A stretch of 47,396 nt of DNA from an uncultured Candidatus Peribacteria bacterium. Its GTDB lineage: Bacteria; Patescibacteriota; Gracilibacteria; UBA1369; UM-FILTER-41-14. The notes beneath the pieces were generated by a model. That model had not been told where the DNA came from. It saw only the letters and a program-made list of their open reading frames with translations, and ran no database searches. Location of the stretch: the NCBI GenBank assembly GCA_964386265.1, contig CAYLRB010000004.1, positions 1 to 47,396 of the forward strand, written 5' to 3'. The stretch's first letter is position 1, and every line of letters starts with the position of its first letter. This document shows, piece by piece, positions 1 through 9,410 of the stretch. Position numbers and translations under genes: made by a program.

Positions 1-1236
1 AGCTTTGAGTAAATATTCTTTAGTTAGTTTCTTGCTTAGCTCTACGCCAGGTTGATCAAAAGCGTTGATGTTAAAGAATTCACCTAGGAGCCCAACGCTA
101 AGTTGGAAGAACATAATTAGCTCGCCGATGGACTCTTCACTAATTTCAGGTATTGTTAATGTTGCGTTTGGAGTTTTGTAATTTGTTAGTGCATCTAATG
201 TGGCTTGATGTTCTGTATCTAATAGTTGCTTGAATGTAACATTGTTTAAGAATTCGAAACCAGATGTTGTTACTTCGATTTTGCTAGAGTCAGCTTGTTG
301 ATTTTCGACTTTTATAGTCAGGATTAATTTGTCTTTAGGGCCTTCGGTGTATAACTGGCTTTGTGAATGTTGATCGGTGACGCCAAGTGCATTTATGGGG
401 GTGATACCTACGTTTACTTGCTCCCCTGCTCGGTTTACTTCTTTGCCAATGCTTTCCGCAAGCAGTTGTCTATACCAGTCAGCGATGGTGAATAACTTGT
501 TGCTATATGGCATCAAGACTGTCATGTTGACGTTTTGTGTTGTGTAAAGTTGGTGTTGGTAAAAAGCGAGATCGTAAGCTGCGTGCGTTGTTGAACTAAA
601 AAACTGTTCTTTTAGTTGTTCAGCACCTTTTAGTAATTTTTCTATGTCTATGCCAAGTAGGGCAGCTGGTAGTAGCCCCACCGCTGTTAAAACAGAGAAT
701 CTGCCACCGATTTTAGGTGGTACATCAAAAGCGGGAATATTTTCTTTGGTTGCAATTTCCCGTAGTAAGCCAACTTCAGGGTCGGTAATAAAGACGAATT
801 GATCTTTGGAATATTTTTTTTGAAAATAATAGTATTGGCTTAATGTTTCAGGTGTTGTGCCGGATTTTGTTATTACGATGAAAAGAGCTTTGCTAAGGTT
901 GAAACTGGCTTCGAAATCTGCGATGAGGTCAGGATCAATGTTGTCCAAGATGTGGATCGTAGGACTGTTTTTTCGTTGCTCGCTAGTTAGCTCGTTCCAA
1001 TAGTATGGTTTCAGGCTTTTTAGTAATGCAGTTATTCCAAGTGCTGAGCCGCCGATACCCAAAATTACTATTCTCTCAAATTTGTTTTTTACAGATTCGC
1101 TAAACTGTTTGATTCCTTCAATATCAACATGTTCATGAAGGTTTAACCAGCCTTGGTCTCTGGATATTAGTGCAAGTTTTTTTGTGCTGAAATCTTGAGC
1201 TTGATCTTTAGAGTATGTCGGTAGATTTAGGTTCAT
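1..1236 (-). CDS. pgi: glucose-6-phosphate isomerase (3' end cut by window edge)
   Basis: Minus-strand frame is open from ATG at 1236 to position 1 (412 codons). It is absent from the ORF track because it runs off the window. My own translation starts MNLNLPTYSKDQAQDF and contains VILGIGGSALG and ITKSGTTPETL, the motifs typical of phosphoglucose isomerase. Confidence 0.8.
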   Translation of the reverse strand, partial: MNLNLPTYSKDQAQDFSTKKLALISRDQGWLNLHEHVDIEGIKQFSESVKNKFERIVILGIGGSALGITALLKSLKPYYWNELTSEQRKNSPTIHILDNIDPDLIADFEASFNLSKALFIVITKSGTTPETLSQYYYFQKKYSKDQFVFITDPEVGLLREIATKENIPAFDVPPKIGGRFSVLTAVGLLPAALLGIDIEKLLKGAEQLKEQFFSSTTHAAYDLAFYQHQLYTTQNVNMTVLMPYSNKLFTIADWYRQLLAESIGKEVNRAGEQVNVGITPINALGVTDQHSQSQLYTEGPKDKLILTIKVENQQADSSKIEVTTSGFEFLNNVTFKQLLDTEHQATLDALTNYKTPNATLTIPEISEESIGELIMFFQLSVGLLGEFFNINAFDQPGVELSKKLTKEYLLKA

Positions 1237-1353
1237 CGTTTTTGATTAATTAATTGTCAATAATTTAGTCTTTAATTTTATGAAATACAACATGCTATTT
1301 TTATTGACCTTTGGGGGGAAAGTACTATTCTGTGTCAGGTTTGATAATTCAAC

Positions 1354-1809
1354 TTGATGAGATTTAAAATTGCATATGGATCGGGTGGTGGAAACACGGA
1401 ATTAGTTTGTCAGTTTATCGCAAAATGTTTGCAGGAAGCTGGTCATCAAGCTGATTTATTGCGCTTTAAGTTGATTCAGCCTGCAGATTTATTGAGCGAT
1501 GTTGACTGTATAATTTTGGCGAGTCCAACGTATGGACACGGTTTGCTTGAGCAGTACACAAATAAGTTTATGGCAAAAGCTGAGCAGGAAAATTTTGATT
1601 TTAAACAGGTGCCATGTGCGGTTGTTGGCTTGGGTGACATGATGTACGATTCAGATTATTTTATTGAAGCAGCTAAAATTTTGAAGGAGTTTGTAGTTAA
1701 GCATAATGGTAAAATGACAGAACATCCTTTGATGATTGCCAAATCACCAATCCCCCATTTGGATACAAGTGTGCGTAAATGGGTTGAGCGTGTAATTCAA
1801 GCTATTTAA
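1354..1809 (+). CDS. flavodoxin (short-chain)
   Basis: KIAYGSGGGNTE FMN phosphate-binding loop at the N-terminus, ~150 aa, ILASPTYG segment. ATG at 1357 is a more likely start than TTG at 1354. Sits directly upstream of the ferredoxin/flavodoxin-dependent oxidoreductase genes. Confidence 0.8.
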   Translation: MMRFKIAYGSGGGNTELVCQFIAKCLQEAGHQADLLRFKLIQPADLLSDVDCIILASPTYGHGLLEQYTNKFMAKAEQENFDFKQVPCAVVGLGDMMYDSDYFIEAAKILKEFVVKHNGKMTEHPLMIAKSPIPHLDTSVRKWVERVIQAI

Positions 1810-1825
1810 TTTAAGGCTAAGTCTA

Positions 1826-3559
1826 ATGAATAATAATTTGCAACGATACAGAATTGGAATTTTGGGAGAAAGTGGGTCAGGTTTGCTTAGTACTGGTGAA
1901 ATTTTGACTAAAGCGCTAAAAAATTTGGGATTTTATTTGGTGGCAGATCGCGAATATATGTCTTTGATTCAAGGTGGACACTCTGCTTACATTTTAAATA
2001 TTAGTAAGGAGCCTATTTGGTCTTTGTCTGAAAGTGTTGATTTGATGTTAGCGTTAGATAAGCAAAGTTTGGAAGCTTTAGATAGTAAATTGATTGATAA
2101 TGGTTTGTTGTTACATGGTTACGAAAAGCCAAAAGGTTTAAGGCAAATTTTGGAGAGACTTGAAGCTCGTGGTGTTAAAGAGTTTGCTTTGCCAAGTAGA
2201 GAGATGGCTTATGCGAATGGTGGAACTGTTTTGATGACCAACATGGTTTTAATTGGAGCGTTGTGGAAGTTGCTTGGTTTACCGTACCAAGTGATTGCTG
2301 ATGAAGTTACTGAGCGTTTTAAGAGTAAGCCTAAATTGTTAGAAATTGATTTGCTGTGTTTGCAAGCAGGCTTTGATGCGGTTGAAAAACAGGTTGAGCT
2401 TGAACTACCTACAGAGATTCAGGATTCGATTGTTCTAAACGGTAATTTGAGTTTAGCTTTGGGCGCTGTTCACGCTGGATGCCGTGTCTATTATGCTTAT
2501 CCAATGAGTCCTTCGAGCAGCATTTTGACATATATGATGGAGATGGCTCCAAAAACTGGGATGTTGGTTAAGCAGGTTGAGGATGAAATAAGTGTTGTTC
2601 AGATGGCAATCGGGTCGATGTATGCGGGAACTCGTGCTTTGGCAGCTACATCTGGTGGTGGCTTTGATTTAATGACGGAGTCAGTTTCATTAGCAGGTAT
2701 TATTGAAAATCCGCTGGTGGTAATCAATGCTCAACGTCCTGGTCCTGGAACAGGTTTGCCGACTTGGACAGCTCAAGGTGATCTTAATTTAGCAATGTAT
2801 GCTGGTCACGGAGAGTTTGCTCGCATGGTGATTGCTGTTTCGGAGGTTGAAGATTGTTTTGAACTAATTCAGCATGCTTTCAATTATGCGGAAAAGTATC
2901 AAATGCCAGTTGTAGTTTTAACAGAAAAAGTTATTGCTGAGTCCCTGTGGTCAATTAAGCCTTTTGAGCAGAATACTGTGCCGATCGAACGTGGGTTAGT
3001 AACTGATTCAAAAGAGTTGGCAGGTTTACTGCAAGCGGATAGGTATAAAATTACTGAATCAGGTGTGTCTAAACGCTGGTTGCCGGGTAGTTCAGACACT
3101 TATTATTTTGCGAATGGCGACGAACATTTAGAAGATGGCTCATTAACTGAGGATGCCGAACCAGCTGCAGCAATGTATGCTAAGAGGAATCGCAAATTGG
3201 ATGCTGTTTTGGCTGAATTGCCAGAACCTAAACTATATGGCACGGAAACGGATGCAGATATTGCATTTGTTGGTTGGGGTAGTACAAAAAATGCGATGTT
3301 AGATGCAATTAAGTTGGCAGCTGACCAAGGTAAAAAAATTGCGTATTTGCATTATAGCTTTGTATATCCATTAAAGACCGAGCGATTAAAGCAGTTTGTT
3401 GCGAATAATAAAAGAATAGTTTTGATTGAAGGTAATTATAACGGCCAGCTAGGTCAGTTAATAACGCAAGAGACTGGAATTCAATTTACGGAGAAATTGC
3501 TAAAATATGATGGGCGGCCGTTCTTTATTGAGGATATTATGAACTTTATTTTAACTTAA
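1826..3559 (+). CDS. 2-oxoacid:ferredoxin oxidoreductase, fused gamma-alpha subunit
   Basis: 577 aa. N-terminal ~190 aa is gamma-like (GESGSGLLSTGE). It is followed by an alpha domain with YYAYPMSPSSSIL (the YPITPSS-type motif) and ATSGGGFDLM. Confidence 0.8.
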   Translation: MNNNLQRYRIGILGESGSGLLSTGEILTKALKNLGFYLVADREYMSLIQGGHSAYILNISKEPIWSLSESVDLMLALDKQSLEALDSKLIDNGLLLHGYEKPKGLRQILERLEARGVKEFALPSREMAYANGGTVLMTNMVLIGALWKLLGLPYQVIADEVTERFKSKPKLLEIDLLCLQAGFDAVEKQVELELPTEIQDSIVLNGNLSLALGAVHAGCRVYYAYPMSPSSSILTYMMEMAPKTGMLVKQVEDEISVVQMAIGSMYAGTRALAATSGGGFDLMTESVSLAGIIENPLVVINAQRPGPGTGLPTWTAQGDLNLAMYAGHGEFARMVIAVSEVEDCFELIQHAFNYAEKYQMPVVVLTEKVIAESLWSIKPFEQNTVPIERGLVTDSKELAGLLQADRYKITESGVSKRWLPGSSDTYYFANGDEHLEDGSLTEDAEPAAAMYAKRNRKLDAVLAELPEPKLYGTETDADIAFVGWGSTKNAMLDAIKLAADQGKKIAYLHYSFVYPLKTERLKQFVANNKRIVLIEGNYNGQLGQLITQETGIQFTEKLLKYDGRPFFIEDIMNFILT

Positions 3560-3565
3560 ACTGCT

Positions 3566-4480
3566 ATGGTTTTACATGATCCACATTTTAAGGAGTTGAT
3601 TGCTCATGGTAAGGGCTGTGAACAATGGGATTCGCACCGTAAAATTACTTGGTGTGGTAACTGTGGTAATTATGGTATTCAGGCAGCTATTAAGAGGGCG
3701 TTAACCTTGGAAGGATTAGGCGTTCGTGATGTTGTATTTTGTTTTGATGTTGGTTGTAGCGGTAATGGTTCAGATAAAATTGAAGGTTATACAATACATG
3801 GTTTGCACGGACGAGTGTTAAGTTTGGCAGCAGGCGTTAAATTAGCGAATCCAAATTTAAAGGTTTTTGCTGAAGCTGGTGATGGAGCAACTTTTAGTGA
3901 GGGAGTAAATCATTTAGTTCATGCAGTACGCAATGATTATCCGGTGATTTTTTTACACCACAATAACGAGAATTATGGTCTAACGACTGGGCAACCATCG
4001 GCTTTGTCTCCTAAAGGTGCTAAGCTAAATGCAGCGCCGGAAGGTGGTGTTGCGGTTGAACCTTTAAATCCTTTAGATTTTGTTTTGAGTTTGAAGCCGA
4101 CATTTGTAGCACGTGGTTTTTCAGGAGAAGTTAACCATCTTACTGATTTGATTAGAGAAGCATTAAAGCACCCAGGGTTTGCATTTATTGATGTATTGCA
4201 AGCTTGTCCTACTTACAATCGTGAAACTCCTGATGACTGGTATTCGACTCGTGTGCGAGACGTTGCGGAGTTAGCTGGTTATGATTGTATGGATATTTGG
4301 CAAGCGCGTAGGATTGTACAAAATGAAGATGAAAAGTTTTATTTAGGTGTTTTATACAAAAATCCTCGGTCGGCAGACTTTTTTGCTGCTCAACAAGCTC
4401 ACAGAGCTGGACGGAATACAACTTCGATTGAAGAGGTTAAGGGATATGATGTATCTGATTTATTGAAAGGGCTTGTTTGA
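3566..4480 (+). CDS. 2-oxoacid:ferredoxin oxidoreductase, beta (TPP-binding) subunit
   Basis: TWCGNCGNYGI N-terminal Cys motif and the GDGATFSEGVNHL TPP-binding GDG motif. Lies 6 nt after the alpha subunit gene. Confidence 0.8.
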   Translation: MVLHDPHFKELIAHGKGCEQWDSHRKITWCGNCGNYGIQAAIKRALTLEGLGVRDVVFCFDVGCSGNGSDKIEGYTIHGLHGRVLSLAAGVKLANPNLKVFAEAGDGATFSEGVNHLVHAVRNDYPVIFLHHNNENYGLTTGQPSALSPKGAKLNAAPEGGVAVEPLNPLDFVLSLKPTFVARGFSGEVNHLTDLIREALKHPGFAFIDVLQACPTYNRETPDDWYSTRVRDVAELAGYDCMDIWQARRIVQNEDEKFYLGVLYKNPRSADFFAAQQAHRAGRNTTSIEEVKGYDVSDLLKGLV

Positions 4481-4488
4481 GATGTGGC

Positions 4489-4800
4489 CTACCGACGCAT
4501 ATGATACTCGTTATACAAGTTATCTGCCTTGGTAAGATTGCCTGAAAGTTGTAGTTTCCACTCAGCTGGATCTTTTTGCTCATTTTTGATCATGCCGTTA
4601 TGCGCATATTGGTGATGTATGTCACATAATGGTACTACGGACTCATGACTTCCCCCTTCTGCATACCTTTCTCTGTGATGTAACACCTCAACTTCACGGT
4701 TACACCCCTTGTATACACAAAGCTTTGGCATTGCTTTTTTGATTGCTGCCGGTATATATCGTGTTCTTATTTGTGACCCCAGGATCACTTTTTGCAGCAC
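4489..4800 (-). CDS. small stand-alone HNH nuclease-domain protein
   Basis: 103 aa. CVYKGCNREVEVLHHRERYAEGGSHESVVPLCDIHHQYAHNG matches the C..C..H-H..(G)G..N/H..C..HH..H beta-beta-alpha-metal finger pattern. GTG start. Confidence 0.6.
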   Translation of the reverse strand: MLQKVILGSQIRTRYIPAAIKKAMPKLCVYKGCNREVEVLHHRERYAEGGSHESVVPLCDIHHQYAHNGMIKNEQKDPAEWKLQLSGNLTKADNLYNEYHMRR

Positions 4801-4834
4801 AACCTAGTGCACGCTACATACTGCAACTTAACTT

Positions 4835-5746
4835 TTATGCAATAGCGGTATCACTTTTCATATATTGCAGTGAGCTGGCATGATTTACGCCGTCTGCCAT
4901 TTTGATGATTTTAACTTTGCCATCTTTGCTTGTGAAATTACCTTTGTCATCTAGTTTTCCGCCAAGACCTTCCGCGATAAGTGGAATTCCGGTCTGATTT
5001 TTTGGTATGGCTCCGTAGTAAATAGTTATACCATCTGGGTAAGCACCGTTATTCAAGTTTGCTAAAAGTGTTTCTGCTTGTTGCTTGTGACAAACTGGGT
5101 CATAAGCTTTGACTGATTTTGGTAACTTTTCTGTTAAGCTCATTAGATTTACAAAGCCATAACTGTGGCACTCTGCATCGAATTTATCTTTATTAATTTT
5201 GATTCCCAATTGTTCACTTAAGTTTGAAATTATTGCAGGAATTTGATTTATGGTTCCTCCTGACCCTTTTCCGCCATAAGGTGCAATGACAATTTGATTG
5301 CCTTTAGTTGGCATGTTTGCACTTAACTTGTTGCCAAATTCATTAAAACTAGGTGGCGTTTTTCTTGTGGCTCCATGGAAGTATAGTTTTGGCTCCGCGT
5401 TCGGATTGACGTTTGGAGGGACAAAAGCAATGTAAGGAGGTTTTGCATCAGGAAATTCCATTTTTTTGTACTCACCTACGGTTTCTTGTTCAGCTTGTTC
5501 ACTGCCGCTTTTTGGAGATTGATTGGGGCTATTGTTTATTGAGTCTAAATTTAGACCTAAGCTTTCTAAAATAGGCTTAATTCCTTTAACAAATTCTGTA
5601 AATGCCTTTGTTAAGTTTTCAAAGAATTCTGGTGACTGGAGATCTTTAAATACATCTTGTAACCTGTCTCCAAATCCCTCACCAGCAAAATTGTCGATTT
5701 CATTTTTTGGCTTTTCGGCACCTGTTTCTTTAAGATTTTTAGTCAT
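4835..5746 (-). CDS. hypothetical protein, possible alpha/beta-hydrolase-like C-terminal half
   Basis: 303 aa with a low-complexity N-terminal half. The C-terminal half has LYFHGA and ECHSYGF, a loose H-G ... x-S-x-G nucleophile-elbow pattern. Lies 4 nt downstream of the preceding ORF. The function call is weak. Confidence 0.3.
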   Translation of the reverse strand: MTKNLKETGAEKPKNEIDNFAGEGFGDRLQDVFKDLQSPEFFENLTKAFTEFVKGIKPILESLGLNLDSINNSPNQSPKSGSEQAEQETVGEYKKMEFPDAKPPYIAFVPPNVNPNAEPKLYFHGATRKTPPSFNEFGNKLSANMPTKGNQIVIAPYGGKGSGGTINQIPAIISNLSEQLGIKINKDKFDAECHSYGFVNLMSLTEKLPKSVKAYDPVCHKQQAETLLANLNNGAYPDGITIYYGAIPKNQTGIPLIAEGLGGKLDDKGNFTSKDGKVKIIKMADGVNHASSLQYMKSDTAIA

Positions 5747-5749
5747 TTG

Positions 5750-6700
5750 TTAACTTAAATTTGGGTCGATGTAAACATGAGCAGCGCCATCTTTTTTGAT
5801 GTTGGCAGCCACGAATAAAGCAAAGCCGTCTTCAGTGCGTAGGCAGCCTTGCGAGCCTTTGTCGCCATTGGCTAGTTTTTGTTGGCTAGGTGTTCCATGT
5901 AAACCAATGCCTCTGGTGGTAGCGTTGGAATTGTTGCCTTCAAGACCTTCAAACCTTAAAAAGACGGTAGAAATTTTGCCGTTTGCAGGCCTTTCACTTA
6001 TATTTCTTAATTTGCTGTTGCCGGGAGGGGTTTTGCCGGTATTGCGCTCATTCCCGTAACCACCATATCCTAATGTGGCTGGACCAATGTATAGTTCATA
6101 TGTTTTTGGATTTTGCGGATTGAAATCTTCACGACTTACTGGTTTGATCGCAATTACTTTTTGACTTCCACTGTCTCCGCCTGCAACTAGTAGCATCTCA
6201 TTTTGATTCCAGCCATGTTCTTTTGCAGAGTCAATTTGTTTTTCTAGGTTGTTAACTAGAGTTAATTTTTCAGATGTATCAGTAATCTTTTTTGTTGAAT
6301 TAAGCTTTTGTTTGATTATGTCAGAGTCTTTACGATTGGATAGTAGTTCATTAAATGCTTTGGCAATTTCGGGATCTTCTAGATATTTGTTGAAGTCAGG
6401 ATCATTAGTGAACTTTTCGATTTCTTGTTTATTGGCCTTGCCATCTACGATTTTTTGAACATCAGGATTATCCTTTAGTTTGCCCAAAATGCCGTTGGCC
6501 ATGTTTTGTAAATTTCCCTTGAGATTTTCCCACAATAATTTTAATTCTTTGCCAGCTTGAACTACATCGCTTAGCTTTTTGATGGCATCTTTAATTCCGT
6601 CAAATTGGCCTGATTCTGACTGTTCAGATTGTTCGTTTTGGCTGTTTTTGTTTAAGTTGTCTGGATTTGCCACACAAATAGCTAAATAACATCTAGTCAT
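5750..6700 (-). CDS. L,D-transpeptidase (YkuD) domain protein with long K/N/E-rich N-terminal region
   Basis: The C-terminal GIGLHGTPSQQKLANGDKGSQGCLRTED fits the YkuD catalytic signature H-G-x(n)-S-x-G-C-(I/L/V)-R. Confidence 0.6.
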   Translation of the reverse strand: MTRCYLAICVANPDNLNKNSQNEQSEQSESGQFDGIKDAIKKLSDVVQAGKELKLLWENLKGNLQNMANGILGKLKDNPDVQKIVDGKANKQEIEKFTNDPDFNKYLEDPEIAKAFNELLSNRKDSDIIKQKLNSTKKITDTSEKLTLVNNLEKQIDSAKEHGWNQNEMLLVAGGDSGSQKVIAIKPVSREDFNPQNPKTYELYIGPATLGYGGYGNERNTGKTPPGNSKLRNISERPANGKISTVFLRFEGLEGNNSNATTRGIGLHGTPSQQKLANGDKGSQGCLRTEDGFALFVAANIKKDGAAHVYIDPNLS

Positions 6701-6730
6701 TATAGCATAAATGTGAGGAAAAAGGAACTA

Positions 6731-7336
6731 TTATTGTGTAGGTGGTAGTTTACAGTATTCTACTAATTGAGCTAACTCAGGATCGGTTGTTTGACAAGTA
6801 TGAGCAGTGGAAACTCTTAATTTTGATTCAGTAGTTGGGCTGCAGGTTTTTACATTATTGTTTGGGTTTTGACCTACTGTTAAAGTGGTACAGATTTGTC
6901 TTGGCTCTGGGAAAAAGTTTTTATTCATTATTTGAACGGCACTTGTATCTATTGATAGATAACCAGCGGTATTTAATTTTGTGTACCCGATTTGCCAAAA
7001 TTGAGTTGTTGTATCAGGAGCTGGGGTAAATATACATTGAGTTGTTCCTTGCATATTTGGGTCAGCTTGTTCAAAAATAATATTTGGTTTTTTGTGTAAA
7101 ATAATGCAGTCTATGTGTGCAGTTGGAGCAATATTTTTGCAAGTGATGTCTACAGATTTGAGAGGTTCGTTGTTGAGAGTAGTACTTTCTGCTACAGCAA
7201 TACTGCAGACTCCATCTTTTATACCATTTGTTATTTGAGCAGGAATGCTCGGTTTTTGTTGTTGGCAGCCTGCTAGTAATGTACCAGCAGCTAAGATAAG
7301 GTTTAAAGATGTATTTTTTAACGTGTTTGTTGACAT
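6731..7336 (-). CDS. Cys-rich lipoprotein, unknown function
   Basis: N-terminal LILAAGTLLAGC lipobox (L-A-G-C) after a short hydrophobic segment. The mature part has nine Cys residues. Lies upstream of and co-oriented with the two ORFs above. Confidence 0.55.
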   Translation of the reverse strand: MSTNTLKNTSLNLILAAGTLLAGCQQQKPSIPAQITNGIKDGVCSIAVAESTTLNNEPLKSVDITCKNIAPTAHIDCIILHKKPNIIFEQADPNMQGTTQCIFTPAPDTTTQFWQIGYTKLNTAGYLSIDTSAVQIMNKNFFPEPRQICTTLTVGQNPNNNVKTCSPTTESKLRVSTAHTCQTTDPELAQLVEYCKLPPTQ

Positions 7337-7435
7337 ATAGGTAGATTATGTAGATATTTGCACCAAATCTACATATTATTTTAAATATGTCAATAGATTA
7401 GTTTTCCTTTTCTATCGTTTAAATCCCCCTACTTC

Positions 7436-8086
7436 CTACCCTTTTTTGCTCACCTCCATCCAGTCTTTTAAAAACTTTTCTTGTCCGATGTCCGTCAAAG
7501 GATGTTTGAACAGTTGAGTTAACACTTCGGGTGGCATAGTAGCAATATCTGCTCCAAGAGCTGCTGCTTGACTAATGTGGCGAGGATGTCTGATGCTTGC
7601 AACTAATACTTCGGTACTGAAATCATAGTTGTTGTATGCGTTGACTATTTCCGCAATTAAGTCCATCCCTTCGTGGCTAATGTCGTCTAAACGGCCGACG
7701 AACGGGCTAATAACTGTTGCTCCGGCTTTAGCAGCTATAATTGCTTGATTAACTGAGAAAACTAAAGTTACATTTGTTGAAATCCCCTCTTGTGTAAGTT
7801 CGTGGCAGGCCATGATCCCTGCTGGTGTCATTGGTAGTTTGACATAAATGTTTTTCGCCCATTTAGCATAAGCTTTTCCTTGTTCGACCATTTCATGTGG
7901 ATCAAGGGTTGTTACTTCGCAGCTAACTGGTCCTGTTACAACTTCGCAAATTTCTTTTATGCGTGTTTCTAGGTTTACCCCTTCTTTAGCTATGATACTT
8001 GGATTTGTTGTTACGCCATCAACTAACCCATAAAGTAGAAAACTTTTGATTGCTTCAAGATTGGCGGTGTCTAGGAAAAATTTCAT
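7436..8086 (-). CDS. tal: transaldolase / fructose-6-phosphate aldolase family (short, TalC/Fsa type)
   Basis: 216 aa. MKFFLDTANLEAIK ... GVTTNPSI ... KLPMT ... ISPFVGRLDD are the hallmark segments of the short transaldolase family. Confidence 0.85.
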   Translation of the reverse strand: MKFFLDTANLEAIKSFLLYGLVDGVTTNPSIIAKEGVNLETRIKEICEVVTGPVSCEVTTLDPHEMVEQGKAYAKWAKNIYVKLPMTPAGIMACHELTQEGISTNVTLVFSVNQAIIAAKAGATVISPFVGRLDDISHEGMDLIAEIVNAYNNYDFSTEVLVASIRHPRHISQAAALGADIATMPPEVLTQLFKHPLTDIGQEKFLKDWMEVSKKG

Positions 8087-8209
8087 ATTTCAGTGGTTTA
8101 TATATAATCGCCTTGATTCTATGCTAAATAGTATTTTACTTCAAATTGAATTCACCTAAATAAAAATTCATGCTATACTGATCGGAATAACAAATAATTT
8201 GAGCTTAAT

Positions 8210-8917
8210 ATGTCAGAATCTGCAAAAGTACCGATGGATCAATTAGTGGCTGCACTTGAAGAAGAAATGCAGAAAAAGGATTTTAGAGTAGCTATCTTTG
8301 GTTCAGCTCGTTCAAAGCCGGAAGATCCAGAATATAAGTTGGTTTACAACTTGGCGAAAATGATTGCAGAGGAAGATATGGATTTGGTTAATGGAGGTGG
8401 CCCAGGGATTATGGAGGCCGCAAGTAGAGGCCACAATGCGGTACCTGATCGTGGTAAAGAGGTTCATACTTTGGGTTTGAATATTAAGTTACCATTTGAG
8501 CAAGAAGCGAATCCTTATTTAGATATTGAAACAACATTTGACACATTTTCTCACCGTTTAGACCAGTTTATGCTTTTAACAAGCGTATTTGTGGTTGCTC
8601 CGGGTGGAATTGGGACATGTTTGGAGCTGTTTTATACATGGCAATTGATGCAAGTTGATCACATTTGCCGTGTGCCAATTATTCTGATTGGCGATATGTG
8701 GCATGACTTGATTAAATGGGTAGAAAAAGAGTTGCTAGAAAAAAATAAGTTCATTAGTAAAGCAGATTTGTATCCGATCGTTTGTGTTGATACTGCTGAG
8801 CAAGCAATGTCCGTAATTAAAGTAGCTAAGGCGAATTTTGATTTAGCTGGTGACAACGCCTGTTTGAATATTGAAAGATATGCAGCGGCAGTTAAGCAGC
8901 TTGGGTTTAAGTCGTAG
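8210..8917 (+). CDS. LOG family (TIGR00730) nucleotide phosphoribohydrolase-like protein
   Basis: GGGPGIMEA and PGGIGTCLELF (PGGxGTxxE) motifs. Confidence 0.7.
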   Translation: MSESAKVPMDQLVAALEEEMQKKDFRVAIFGSARSKPEDPEYKLVYNLAKMIAEEDMDLVNGGGPGIMEAASRGHNAVPDRGKEVHTLGLNIKLPFEQEANPYLDIETTFDTFSHRLDQFMLLTSVFVVAPGGIGTCLELFYTWQLMQVDHICRVPIILIGDMWHDLIKWVEKELLEKNKFISKADLYPIVCVDTAEQAMSVIKVAKANFDLAGDNACLNIERYAAAVKQLGFKS

Positions 8918-8961
8918 TTTGGAGCGTGTGAAACGTTTGTTTTTTGACCAACACATATACT

Positions 8962-8982
8962 GAAGCACGCTTTGCGTGCTTC
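8962..8982 (+). terminator. hairpin after LOG gene (weak intrinsic terminator)
   Basis: GAAGCACGC-TTT-GCGTGCTTC forms a 9-bp GC-rich stem with a 3-nt loop, 45 nt after the stop. The downstream U-tract is poor (TATTGT). Confidence 0.4.
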
Positions 8983-9043
8983 TATTGTAAATCTAAATCT
9001 CAAATTGTAATGTTTAAGTTGTATGTAATTTAAACATTCAATT

Positions 9044-9346
9044 ATGAAAAAGCATGTTAATGGTTTTATTGATTTTATTCGACAACAAGGTGTAGTTGGC
9101 TTAGCAGTTGGTTTTATTTTAGGTGGAGCTGTTAGTAAATTGGTGGCTTCGCTTGTGCAAGATGTTATTCAGCCGGCAATTGGTATGATTTTTGGTTCTA
9201 CAGAGGGTTTAATTGGATTACATTACGCGTCGATAAATTATGGGAAATTTTTGGCAATAGGGATTGATTTTGTAATTGTTGCTGCAGTGGTTTATTTTGG
9301 CGTTAAATTGATTGGGTTGGAAAAGCTGGATAAACCTAAAGGTTAA
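9044..9346 (+). CDS. mscL: large-conductance mechanosensitive channel
   Basis: FIDFIRQQGVVGLAVGFILGGAVSKLVASLVQDVIQPAIG closely parallels the conserved MscL N-terminus/TM1 (F..F..RGNVVDLAVGVIIG..F..IV.S.V.DIIMP). Short (100 aa) with two TM segments. Confidence 0.75.
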   Translation: MKKHVNGFIDFIRQQGVVGLAVGFILGGAVSKLVASLVQDVIQPAIGMIFGSTEGLIGLHYASINYGKFLAIGIDFVIVAAVVYFGVKLIGLEKLDKPKG

Positions 9347-9410
9347 AAATAATGGATTTTATAATCAATTTTATGTTACTGTAGCAGTACGTTACGATAG
9401 CCCATGATTT

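Noticed and set aside
2899-3099. Antisense or out-of-frame short ORFs nested in long genes. This one stands for many in the track, including 4209-4421, 5523-5753, 5796-6059, 8659-9003, 17371-17613, 33321-33611, 35689-35940, 42380-42727, 43019-43243 and 44351-44662.
   Set aside because: All lie entirely within longer ORFs that carry clear family motifs. They are shadow ORFs expected in AT-rich sequence.
4489-4800. HNH protein as a component of the CRISPR system, or a fragment of a Cas9/IscB-type nuclease
   Set aside because: It is only 103 aa with no RuvC segments. It lies 27 kb from the array on the opposite strand, among unrelated genes. I treat it as a stand-alone HNH protein.
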